64,000 nt of DNA from an uncultured Dehalococcoidia bacterium (GCA_964558415.1 CAZLDI010000007.1:75898-139897); one strand, 5' to 3'. Counted from the stretch's first letter, positions 16,695 to 25,244 are shown. A program made the numbers and translations. Notes: generated by a model not told the origin, from the letters alone.

Positions 16695-18338
16695 ATGGCG
16701 ATGATAGACGGCGGCGACCTAGTGGTGCGCGCGATCAAGCAGGAGGGCGTGGATACGATATTCACGCTGTGCGGCGGGCACGTGCAGGCGATCTACGACG
16801 CGTGCCTGGACGAGAACGTGCGGGTGATCGACACGCGGCACGAGCAGGTGGCGGGGCACGCGGCGGAGGGGTGGAGCCGGGCGACGCGGCGCTGCGGGGT
16901 GGGGGTGGTGACGGCGGGGCCGGGGGTGACGGACTGCACGACGGCGATCGCGAACGCCTGGCACAACAAGAGCCCGATGCTGATCATCGGCGGCCGCAGC
17001 CCGCTGTCTCGCTTCGAGATGGGGTCGCTGCAGGATATGGACCACACGGAGATGCTGAAGCCGATCACGAAGTGGGCGAAGTGCGTACACGAGACGAAGC
17101 GCATCCCGGAGTACATCTCGATGGGGTTCCGGGCGGCGCTGACGGGGCGGATGGGGCCGTCGTTCCTGGAGATCCCGACGGACGTGCTGTTCATGAAGGT
17201 GGAGGAGAACGAGGTGTTCTTCCCGCAGAGCTATCGTCCGGAGGGTCGCGTCTATCCTGACCCGAAGAGCGTGCGCAAGGCGGCGGAGGCGCTGCGGAGC
17301 GCCGAGCGGCCGGTGATCATGGCGGGCTCGGCGATCTACTGGAGCGAGGCGCACGAGGAGCTGCGGGAGCTGGCGGAGCTGATGCAGGCGCCGGTGTACC
17401 TGAACGCGATGGGACGGGGCTCGCTGAACCAGGAGCACGCGCTGTTCTACAGCCGCAGCCGGCGGACGGCGCTGACGAAGGCGGACTGCATCCTGGTGAT
17501 CGGGACGCCGATGGACTTCCGGCTGTCGTACGGGAAGCGATTCAACCCCGAAGCGAAGACGATCCAGGTGGACACCGATCCCGCGGAGCTGGGCCGCAAC
17601 CGCGACATCGACATCCAGCTCGAGGCCGACGCCCGGGCGAGCCTGGAGTCGCTGACGGCGGAGCTTTCCGGGTTCAAGGACGATCACAAGGCGTGGTTGG
17701 GGGAGCTGCGGGAGCAGGAGGACAAGACGCGCGCGCAGATGGAGGAGTGGATGGCGAGCGACCGCGAGCCGATCCACCCGCTGCGGTTGTGCGCGGAGAT
17801 GGCGAACTTCGTGGACGAGAACACGATCGTCGTGGGCGACGGCGGGGACATCGTCAGCCACGCCTCGAAGATACTGCCGGTGAACCAGCCCGGGCAGTGG
17901 TATGACCCGGGCCCGTTCGGGACGCTGGGCGTGGGGACGGGTTTCTGCATGGCGATCAACAGCGTGTACCCGAACAAGCGCATCCTGATGGTCAACGGCG
18001 ACGGGGCTTTCGGGCTGAACGGCTTCGACTTCGACACGTTCGTGCGCTTCAACATCCCGGTGGTGTCCGTGGTGGGGAACGACCGGCAATGGGGACAGAT
18101 CACGGTGGGACAGCGCGCGATGTACGGGAAGGACCGGGTGGTGGCGAGCATGCTGGGGGACGAGTGCCGGTACGACAAGATCGTCGAAGGGATGGGCGGC
18201 CACGGGGAGTACGTCACGAAGCCGGACGAGATCCGGCCGGCGATCGAGCGGGCGTTCGCATCCGGGAAGCCGGCGTGCGTGAACGTAATTATGGACCAGG
18301 AGCCGCCTGGGATCATGGGCGGGTACGAGTTTATGTAG
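16695..18338 (+). CDS. thiamine-pyrophosphate-dependent enzyme (acetolactate synthase / oxalyl-CoA decarboxylase family)
   Basis: 547 aa with PYR, central and PP domains. ThDP motif GDGAFGLNGFDFDTFVRFNIPVVSVVGND. RBS GGAAGGAG upstream. Confidence 0.85.
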   Translation: MAMIDGGDLVVRAIKQEGVDTIFTLCGGHVQAIYDACLDENVRVIDTRHEQVAGHAAEGWSRATRRCGVGVVTAGPGVTDCTTAIANAWHNKSPMLIIGGRSPLSRFEMGSLQDMDHTEMLKPITKWAKCVHETKRIPEYISMGFRAALTGRMGPSFLEIPTDVLFMKVEENEVFFPQSYRPEGRVYPDPKSVRKAAEALRSAERPVIMAGSAIYWSEAHEELRELAELMQAPVYLNAMGRGSLNQEHALFYSRSRRTALTKADCILVIGTPMDFRLSYGKRFNPEAKTIQVDTDPAELGRNRDIDIQLEADARASLESLTAELSGFKDDHKAWLGELREQEDKTRAQMEEWMASDREPIHPLRLCAEMANFVDENTIVVGDGGDIVSHASKILPVNQPGQWYDPGPFGTLGVGTGFCMAINSVYPNKRILMVNGDGAFGLNGFDFDTFVRFNIPVVSVVGNDRQWGQITVGQRAMYGKDRVVASMLGDECRYDKIVEGMGGHGEYVTKPDEIRPAIERAFASGKPACVNVIMDQEPPGIMGGYEFM

Positions 18339-18461
18339 GGAGCAGCGATGCGCGCTATCAGCTGATGAGCTCACACTCCGCCGCCCGGGATGATCCACGG
18401 AATTGGCACAGATGTACACGGAGAATGAGCCGCTCGGCTACCCGCAGATGAGAGTAGATGG

Positions 18462-19367
18462 ATGCCACGCATAGACTACGGCGGCGGGCTGACTATCGAC
18501 GCGCCGGAGGGGATGACCGTCCTTGAGACGTCGATCCAGCATGGGCTGGAGCACAGGGCCGCCTGCGGCGGACAGGAGCGCTGCACCACCTGTCGAATCG
18601 AAATACTTGACGGTACTGAGAACTGCCCGCCGAGCACGGCCGGCGAGCGCGAGGTCCTGGAGCTCGGAGGCTTTGGGGAAGACATCCGGCTCGGCTGCTC
18701 TCTCAGGCCATCGGGCGATATCAAGATCCGGCTTCTCGTCCGCGAGAGGATCGGTAAAGAAGACCTGCGACCGGAGGGGATGGCGCGAGAACGGGAGGTG
18801 GCCGTTTTGTTCGCGGATATCCGCAACTTCACCGCCTTCTCAGAGAATCACCTCGCTTTCGACGTCCTGCATCTTCTCAACCGCTACTTCGACCGTATGG
18901 GCACTATCATCGACTTCAATCGCGGCGAAGTGATTGCCTTCCTGGGAGACGGAATCGTCGCCTTCTTCGAGGGCGGCGACCCGACGCGAGCGGCAGTCGC
19001 CGCCACGCGGTGCGCCACCCAGATGCTCAAGGGCGCGCAGGCATTCTCGCGCTACTCAACTGAGCACTTCGGTTTCGATGTGCGGACCGGCATTGGCATC
19101 GCCTTCGGCCCGGCGGTGATCGGCGAGGTCGGGTACTACCGCAACACCCGTCCGAACTGTATCGGCGACGTGGTGAACACCGCGTCGCGCGTACAGGACG
19201 CAACGAAGGAACACGGCGCGTCTCTCCTGGTGACGGACGCCATCCGCAAGCTAGCCGAAGGCAAGTTCGAGTTCGGGCGCGAGTTTACCTGCGAGCTGCG
19301 CGGCAAGGAGGGAGAGCATCAGTTGTACGAAGTGCTGCGGGAGAAGCGAAGTCGCGCTCGTGCTTGA
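18462..19367 (+). CDS. 2Fe-2S ferredoxin domain fused to a class III adenylate/guanylate cyclase catalytic domain
   Basis: N-terminal ~95 aa carry Cys C-x5-C-x2-C...C (ACGGQERCTTC...LGCS). The C-terminal cyclase homology domain has metal-binding Asp residues (VLFADIRNFT, LGDGIVAFF) and transition-state residues (NTASRV). Confidence 0.85.
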   Translation: MPRIDYGGGLTIDAPEGMTVLETSIQHGLEHRAACGGQERCTTCRIEILDGTENCPPSTAGEREVLELGGFGEDIRLGCSLRPSGDIKIRLLVRERIGKEDLRPEGMAREREVAVLFADIRNFTAFSENHLAFDVLHLLNRYFDRMGTIIDFNRGEVIAFLGDGIVAFFEGGDPTRAAVAATRCATQMLKGAQAFSRYSTEHFGFDVRTGIGIAFGPAVIGEVGYYRNTRPNCIGDVVNTASRVQDATKEHGASLLVTDAIRKLAEGKFEFGREFTCELRGKEGEHQLYEVLREKRSRARA

Positions 19368-19490
19368 CGCTGCGTTGTGACACGGGTCACAGGCAAAAGG
19401 CGGGAGGAGGTCTATCATGCGAGCGGGCCGCGCGGTGGCAAGGAGAACTTCGCCGCTCCCGACGCAGGGAGGGAAGGGCCAGGTGACAAG

Positions 19491-21230
19491 ATGAGACTCA
19501 TGGAAGCTGAACGGAAGGCAAGCGTCGACGTCTGCCCCCTCGAAGAGCTTCAGCGCGAGCGCGTGAAGGTCGTCTCGGCGGAGGGGCGCGTAATCGCGGT
19601 GTTCTACGAGGAAGGGAAGCTCTACGCGCTGGACAACCGCTGCCCGCACATGGGCTTCCCGTTGAATCGCGGGACTGTGAAGGACGGCATCCTGACCTGC
19701 CACTGGCACCACGCGAAGTTCGATCTCGCCGGGGGCTGCACGTTCGACCCTTTCGCGGACGACGTGACGCGCTTCCATGTGGAGGAGCGCGAGCGCACGG
19801 TCTGGCTCGATCCGAGGCCGATCGAGGAGGACCGGCGCGTACACTGGCTGGGCAAACTCGACGAGGGGCTGGAACAGAACCTGCGATTAGTGCTGGCGAA
19901 GAGCGTGATCGGCCTCGAGGGGCTCGACGCGACGCGAGATATTCTGACCAAGGCGGCGCTCTTCGGGATACGCAACCGGGTGTCGGGCTGGAGCAGCGGC
20001 CTCTCGATTATGACGGGGATGGCAAACGTGCTGCCGTCGCTCGACGAAGCCGACCGGCCTCTGGCGCTGTACCAGGGACTCGTGCACGTCGCCCGGACGA
20101 CCGAGGGGCAGCCTCCGAGCTTCGATCTCGAAGCACTTAACACAGATGAGAAGCGGCCGGCGCGCTATCTCGACTGGTTCCGGCGCTTCATCGAGGTGCG
20201 GGCGGAGGACGCGGCGGAGCGGACGCTGCGCACGGCGATCCGCATCGGGCTGCCAGAGCGGGCGGTGGCAGACATGGTTTTCGCTGCCTGTACCGACCAC
20301 CTCTTCCTGAACGAGGGGCACTCACTGGACTTCGCGAACAAGGCGTTCGAGCTGCTGGACCACATCGGCTGGGAGCACGCAGAGGAGGTGCTGGTCTCGC
20401 TCATCCCCGACTTCATCCAGGCGACGCGAATGGAAGAGACGTCGCCCTGGCGGCACCCAGTCAACTTACCGGAGCTACTGGGCGAGGTCTACCAGCAGCT
20501 CGATGCGGCGATCGATGAGGGCGGCGGGAAGCTGAACGGATGGGCTGAACACCAAGCGCTGGCGGAGCAGATACTGGACGGCGAGCCGAAGGAGACGCTC
20601 GCTGCGATGCTAGACGCTGTGCGGCAGGGTGCGCCGCTGACGGAGCTTTCGGCGACAGTGGCGTACGCGGCGGTGCGGCGACCGGTGCACTTCCGCGTGA
20701 CGAACGAGTTCGCCGACTGGGACACGATCCACCACACGTTCACGTACGCCAACGGCGTCGACCAGGCGGTGCGGCGGGCGCCGTCAAAGCTGCTGGCGCG
20801 CGGCATCTTCGACGGGGCAATGTCGGTTTACCTGGAGCGATTCCTCAACGTCCCCAAGCAGCCTATACCGACGCCCTCGGGTGGCACGGCCAGTCGTGGG
20901 GAAATATTGGCCTCATTCGACGAGCAAGGGAAGGTGGATGAGGCGGCGCAGCAGGTGGCGGACGCGATCGCCGCGGGGAATCAGAGCGAAATAATTGGGA
21001 CACTGGGCCACGCGTTGCTGCGGGAGGACGCGCACTTCCACCAGTTCCAGATCTACGAAGCGGGACTCCGCCAGTACGGCAACTTCGGTAATACACCGCT
21101 GGGTGACCACGTTCTCATCGGGACGACGCGCTTTCTGGCGGCGCGCTCACCGACGGTGCGGGCGACACCGCAGACGTACGACATCGCGGCGCGGCTGCAT
21201 CGGGGAGAGTCCCTGCACGGGGAGGATTAA
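19491..21230 (+). CDS. Rieske [2Fe-2S] domain protein with a large uncharacterised C-terminal helical domain
   Basis: Rieske boxes CPHMG...CHWHH near the N-terminus. RBS AGGGAGGGAAGG upstream of the ATG at 19491. The ~440-aa C-terminal region has no recognised motifs. Confidence 0.75.
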   Translation: MRLMEAERKASVDVCPLEELQRERVKVVSAEGRVIAVFYEEGKLYALDNRCPHMGFPLNRGTVKDGILTCHWHHAKFDLAGGCTFDPFADDVTRFHVEERERTVWLDPRPIEEDRRVHWLGKLDEGLEQNLRLVLAKSVIGLEGLDATRDILTKAALFGIRNRVSGWSSGLSIMTGMANVLPSLDEADRPLALYQGLVHVARTTEGQPPSFDLEALNTDEKRPARYLDWFRRFIEVRAEDAAERTLRTAIRIGLPERAVADMVFAACTDHLFLNEGHSLDFANKAFELLDHIGWEHAEEVLVSLIPDFIQATRMEETSPWRHPVNLPELLGEVYQQLDAAIDEGGGKLNGWAEHQALAEQILDGEPKETLAAMLDAVRQGAPLTELSATVAYAAVRRPVHFRVTNEFADWDTIHHTFTYANGVDQAVRRAPSKLLARGIFDGAMSVYLERFLNVPKQPIPTPSGGTASRGEILASFDEQGKVDEAAQQVADAIAAGNQSEIIGTLGHALLREDAHFHQFQIYEAGLRQYGNFGNTPLGDHVLIGTTRFLAARSPTVRATPQTYDIAARLHRGESLHGED

Positions 21231-21277
21231 GGAGGCTAGTTGGTCCAAGAACTGCTTCGGGTTCACGCGCCCGCGGA

Positions 21278-21371
21278 CGGGCGTTCGCGTCAAGGAAGCC
21301 TCCGTTCGTGAACGTGATTATGGACCAGGAGCCGCCTGGGATCATGGGCGAGTACGAGTTTATGTAGGGAG
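21278..21371 (+). repeat. diverged direct repeat of the 3' tail of the TPP-enzyme gene (copy 2), 2.95 kb downstream of the native tail
   Basis: The core GTGAACGTGATTATGGACCAGGAGCCGCCTGGGATCATGGGCGAGTACGAGTTTATGTAGGGAG (21308-21371) matches 18279-18342 with 2 mismatches, and weaker similarity extends ~30 bp further upstream. In frame it encodes ...RAFASRKPPFVNVIMDQEPPGIMGEYEFM*, against ...RAFASGKPACVNVIMDQEPPGIMGGYEFM* in the native gene. Confidence 0.85.
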
Positions 21372-21401
21372 AGGCGGTGCCCCGCGGCGGAGAGTAGTCT
21401 C

Positions 21402-21434
21402 CCGCTCATCCTACGAGTGCCTCAGGATGAGCGG
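21402..21434. terminator. hairpin following the displaced TPP tail copy (probable original terminator of the TPP gene)
   Basis: CCGCTCATCCT-acgagtgcctc-AGGATGAGCGG. Confidence 0.4.
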
Positions 21435-21546
21435 TGGTAGCCTCTCTGACCGCCGCCTGAGGTGACGCCTTTCGCTTGCGCGCCTCAGGACCCACCTGTA
21501 ATCTTCTCAACATCGGTTCGACGAGCTATCCATCTGGAGGTACGCT

Positions 21547-21887
21547 ATGGGAAAGCTGAATTGCATCGTCATCGACTGCGCGGACCCCGACAAGGCCTCG
21601 CAATTCTGGGCGCAGGCGCTCGAAGGGTACGAGATCGACAAACAGCCGTGGGGCATCTCGATGAGTCCGACTCTGATCCGCTGATCTACTTCGAGGTCGT
21701 GCCGGAGGGTAAGGCCGTGAAGAACCGCCTGCACATCAACATCCGTTCCGCGGACCGAGGGGTGGAGGTGAAGCGGCTCGTCTCGCTCGGCGCGACGGAG
21801 ATCGAGGAGATGAGCCCGGGCGGCGGCTACGTCTGGACGAACATGAAGGACGTCGAGGGGAACGAGTTCTGCGTGTCGCAGGCTTAG
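21547..21887 (+). pseudogene. VOC/glyoxalase-family gene with an apparent +1/-1 frameshift (or a sequencing error)
   Basis: The N-terminal part MGKLNCIVIDCADPDKASQFWAQALEGYEI... reads in one frame and stops near 21681. The C-terminal part DPLIYFEVVPEGKAVKNRLHINIRSADRGVEVKRLVSLGATEI... continues in another frame to 21887. Confidence 0.5.
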
Positions 21888-21891
21888 CCGC

Positions 21892-22464
21892 ATGACAGCG
21901 GCCGACGTTCAGCGGCTCGCTGAGGCCGCGATGACCGGCGACGCAAACACCGTCCGACTTATTCTCGCGGAGGAGCCCGGATCGGCGGGCGAGTACACGG
22001 ACGAGGGCTGGACGGCGCTGCACCTCGCGGCGACGCCGGAGGTCGCAGGACTCCTGCTGGACGCGGGCGCGGACATCCGAGCGCAGAACCGGCACAGGTT
22101 CGCGGGGCCGGGGAACAGCCCGCTGCACGGCGCGACGTACTTAAACCGGGTGGAGGTCGTGCGCTTCCTGCTGGCGCGCGGGGCGGATGCCAACGCCCGC
22201 GACAACGCGGGGCTGACGGCGCTGCACCTGGCCGCCGGTAACGGCTGGTTGGAGTGCGCGCGCGTGTTGCTTGGTGGCGGCGCGGACGCTATGGTCCGCA
22301 CGAACCGCGAGGGCGTGCCGAAGGCGTGGCGCGAGGTAACACCGCTGGACGTGCTGTCGTCTACCGGACGGAAGCGGGATGATGGGTCGGAGGTGCCGAC
22401 GGACGTGAACGTGGCTATAGGGGAGCTGCTGGCAGCGTACGGAGCGCAGGAGCAAGTGACATGA
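21892..22464 (+). CDS. ankyrin-repeat protein
   Basis: At least 4 ANK repeats (GWTALHLAA, SPLHGATY, GLTALHLAAGNG). Confidence 0.8.
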   Translation: MTAADVQRLAEAAMTGDANTVRLILAEEPGSAGEYTDEGWTALHLAATPEVAGLLLDAGADIRAQNRHRFAGPGNSPLHGATYLNRVEVVRFLLARGADANARDNAGLTALHLAAGNGWLECARVLLGGGADAMVRTNREGVPKAWREVTPLDVLSSTGRKRDDGSEVPTDVNVAIGELLAAYGAQEQVT

Positions 22465-22682
22465 AACGAGCGAACTGGGGTGATCCGAAGTTGAGATACG
22501 CCACTATGGGCGGCTGTATCGGGCTGGCGATCAGCCTCTCCCGCGGGATCGCTGATGGGCAGGACATTGGGCTGCTGACCATCGTAACGCTCGTCTCGGG
22601 GACGGTGGGCGTGGGGATCGGTTGGGTGGCGGGGTGGGTGGTGTCACTGCTGCGGCCGGGTGGCGGAGGGCGGAGGGAGTGA
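22461..22682 (+). CDS. small membrane protein (2 TM helices), translationally coupled to the ankyrin gene
   Basis: ATGA overlap with the ankyrin gene. Gly-rich hydrophobic segments. Confidence 0.45.
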   Translation: MKRANWGDPKLRYATMGGCIGLAISLSRGIADGQDIGLLTIVTLVSGTVGVGIGWVAGWVVSLLRPGGGGRRE

Positions 22683-22707
22683 GGAGATGGAGGCCCGTGG
22701 CGCGCCG

Positions 22708-23121
22708 TCAGGCAGCCGGCTCCACGCGGGTGATGCCTGGCAGGCGGTCGAAGTCCGTGTCCCAGGTGTAGATTTCCGAGAGGCGCTGGGAACGCATGAA
22801 GGCGGCGTTGTACGCGTCCGCAAACGACAGACGGGTTGTCGCGTAGACATCCAGCGCTTCGTAGTAAGTTTGCTTATCGGCGATTCGGACGTTCGGTAGC
22901 GCAAGGACGTACTGCAGGTCGTCCCGGATCTTTGCTCTGGGGACCACGTAGCTCTTCTCGAGGATGAAGACTGTCTCAAAGATGACCATCGGTGAGACGG
23001 TCACCTGTTCTTCCCCAGCTTCCACGCGCAGAAGCAGCGCCACCACCCGCGACGCCTTCTCTTCATCGTCACGGGTGAGAAGGCGGACGAGGATGTTGGT
23101 ATCAAGGAAGCGGTGCGCCAT
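22708..23121 (-). CDS. vapC: PIN-domain toxin VapC (second pair)
   Basis: MAHRFLDTNILVRLL... The start ATG at 23121 was chosen over the longer ORF-caller extension. Confidence 0.8.
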   Translation of the reverse strand: MAHRFLDTNILVRLLTRDDEEKASRVVALLLRVEAGEEQVTVSPMVIFETVFILEKSYVVPRAKIRDDLQYVLALPNVRIADKQTYYEALDVYATTRLSFADAYNAAFMRSQRLSEIYTWDTDFDRLPGITRVEPAA

Positions 23122-23125
23122 GATC

Positions 23126-23383
23126 CTACCGCTCAGTCTCGGACAGTACTTCCTCGGCCACTCCCCGTTCGAACTCTTCGCGCAATTGTCGGAAGTCTTC
23201 GGGCCTGCTGCGCGGTGAGACTGAGCCGTACATCGCAAGAATCCCCGACGCCTTCCTCAGCCTCGCGGTCTCCCCGTCGATCTCGAAGGCGATCTTATCT
23301 CGCGGCTTGAGGCCCAGCCGCAAGCGGATCTCCTTGGGTATAGTCACTTGGCCTTTCACTGTTAATGTCGTTTGTTTCAGCAT
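23126..23383 (-). CDS. vapB: AbrB/SpoVT-type antitoxin VapB (second pair; paralog of 16226-16486)
   Basis: MLKQTTLTVKGQVTIPKEIRLRLGLKPRDKIAF. 4 bp upstream of vapC. Confidence 0.75.
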   Translation of the reverse strand: MLKQTTLTVKGQVTIPKEIRLRLGLKPRDKIAFEIDGETARLRKASGILAMYGSVSPRSRPEDFRQLREEFERGVAEEVLSETER

Positions 23384-23500
23384 ACGCTCCATACCCTCTA
23401 TCCGTAGCAATACCGTCTTCTATCAGTAATACTATCACATGCCGGGTCGACGCAGTTGAGATGTGGGCGGGCATGCCTGAACGCCCGGGGCGCGGCCTGA

Positions 23501-23579
23501 TCCACCACGCCGCCAACCCCAGATTCCTTCGCGGCGAGAGTAATCGCAGGTTGCGAGCGTTGGGGCGCTCAGAATGACA
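23501..23579 (+). repeat. REP-like dispersed repeat copy
   Basis: CCACCACGCCGCCAACCCCAGATTCCTTCGCGGCGAG...GGCGCTCAGAATGACA. Confidence 0.75.
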
Positions 23580-23605
23580 GAGGGAGCCGGGCTCCGCGGG
23601 AAAGC

Positions 23606-23639
23606 GGAGCGCCCCCCGGCGTCCGGAGCGGGGGGCGCT
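23606..23639. terminator. GC-rich hairpin downstream of the ferritin-like gene
   Basis: GAGCGCCCCCCG-gcgtccgga-GCGGGGGGCGCT. Confidence 0.4.
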
Positions 23640-23678
23640 TTGGGGTTATCCGCCTCGCGCTGAGGGGGGCGGGAGGCG

Positions 23679-24758
23679 CTAGTTGTCGAGGAACTGCTTG
23701 AGCATCGGGCTCATGCGCTCGCGGCGGTCGCCGAGGCCGGAGACCTTTAGGCGATGCATGTACTCGTTGACGCGCTTGCGCTGGACCTGCATGGACAGTT
23801 GGACGCCCTTGTCGATGTTCTTGATGCCGCCGCCCATAAGGATGGCGAGGGCCTCGAAAAGAGCGAAGCTGCGGTCGTCGGCGGTCGGGTCCGGCGTGAG
23901 GGTTGCCTCAACCTTGTCCAGGTAGTGGTGGATCTCCTCGCGCCGCCAGGGCTCGGTGTCCAGAACGTACTTCAGGTGCATGACGCCGAAGCCGAGGTGT
24001 CGCGACTCATCCTGGCCGCACATGCGGAAGATGCGCTTCTCGGCGTCGTTCTGGCCGATGTACTCGCCCATGCGGAACATGGACTGGACGAAACCTTCAG
24101 CGGCGACGTGCATGATGGCGGACATCTCGGTGAAGTCCTGGGCGTCGATGATGACGCGGAGGCCCTGCTGGGGGAGGGAGGAGAGGAGACCACCGCCGTT
24201 GGCGAGGGCGCGCTTGCGGAAGACGTCCAGGTGGCGGGCTTCGTCCATGATCTGGGAGATGAGGAAGAGCTTAACCTCGTGGTGCTCGCTGTTGATCTTG
24301 GGAAGCCACTGGCCGGGGGTGTCGCCGGCGATGAACTCGACCTCGGTAAGCATCGTGCAGAGCTGGCACATCGCGCGCTCCATGTCGTCCGGGAGCGGCT
24401 GGATCTCGTCCCAGGGGATGTCCGTGGCGGATGACCACTGGCGCTGAACCGCCTCTTCGTAGAGGAGGCGCGCGTTCTCGGAGTAGACGTCCGCGGCGTG
24501 AGAGTAGGTGCCCGGGACGCGTGGCGCATCAGGGCGGGCTTTGGAGCCGCGGGCGCGGATAGAACGGTTGTCGCTGTCGGCGGGGACCTCACCAGCGGGC
24601 CCGATCTCGATCTCGTCCAGAGTGAGGCCGCGCTTGCCGGGCTTCGCGCGCATGCCCCAGGGGTGGCCGTTTTCGTCAAGGTTGAGCCAGCTGAGATCCA
24701 GGGGCTGTACTTCGGCGGGCTCGCGGAGCTTCTCGAGGATGTTGACATCGATAGCCAT
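23679..24758 (-). CDS. ferritin-like diiron-carboxylate protein (putative oxygenase/oxidase)
   Basis: Two E...E-x2-H motifs (LTEVE...DEARH and AAEG...QDESRH). 359 aa. Confidence 0.65.
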   Translation of the reverse strand: MAIDVNILEKLREPAEVQPLDLSWLNLDENGHPWGMRAKPGKRGLTLDEIEIGPAGEVPADSDNRSIRARGSKARPDAPRVPGTYSHAADVYSENARLLYEEAVQRQWSSATDIPWDEIQPLPDDMERAMCQLCTMLTEVEFIAGDTPGQWLPKINSEHHEVKLFLISQIMDEARHLDVFRKRALANGGGLLSSLPQQGLRVIIDAQDFTEMSAIMHVAAEGFVQSMFRMGEYIGQNDAEKRIFRMCGQDESRHLGFGVMHLKYVLDTEPWRREEIHHYLDKVEATLTPDPTADDRSFALFEALAILMGGGIKNIDKGVQLSMQVQRKRVNEYMHRLKVSGLGDRRERMSPMLKQFLDN

Positions 24759-24919
24759 GCTGAGGTCCTTCCTCCCCGCCGGGGCGGGTGCTTAGCGGAT
24801 ACTAAGTTACGAGTTTTTTCTATCATACAAGACGGTCGCTGTCAACGGAAAATTACAGGGTCTAGAGGGAGATTTCAACATTAGAGGTGTCCAGAACAGG
24901 CAGTTATACTGAAGGTGTG

Positions 24920-25225
24920 ATGCTGGAGCGAGAGCGCGGTCTGGGCGGCGATATCCGTGGGGCGGAACACGGCGACTACACGGACTGGGATAACCCCGAG
25001 GATATCGAAGACGCCCCCGAGGGGTACTACGATGAGGACGACGAGGATGATGGCTCGTACGTACCGGAGCCGGGCGACGCCGACTACGACCTTTCAGAAG
25101 CGGCCGGCTATGCGGACTGGGAGGCGCCGGAGCGGGAGACGCCGTTCCCTCAATGGCTGATAGTTGCGATCTCGATCGCTCTGGTACTCGCTATCCTGGT
25201 CCCTGTGCTGTTACAAGCGAGGTGA
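24920..25225 (+). CDS. hypothetical acidic protein with a C-terminal transmembrane anchor
   Basis: D/E/Y-rich N-terminal region, then the helix LIVAISIALVLAILVPVLL. The start could be the GTG at 24887. Confidence 0.4.
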   Translation: MLERERGLGGDIRGAEHGDYTDWDNPEDIEDAPEGYYDEDDEDDGSYVPEPGDADYDLSEAAGYADWEAPERETPFPQWLIVAISIALVLAILVPVLLQAR

Positions 25226-25244
25226 GCGGCCCGACGCAGAGTGT

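Noticed and set aside
24508-24884. ORFs 24498-24884 (+) and 24508-24795 (+) overlapping the ferritin-like gene start region
   Set aside because: They are antisense to or overlap the conserved ferritin-like CDS, and no family is recognised.
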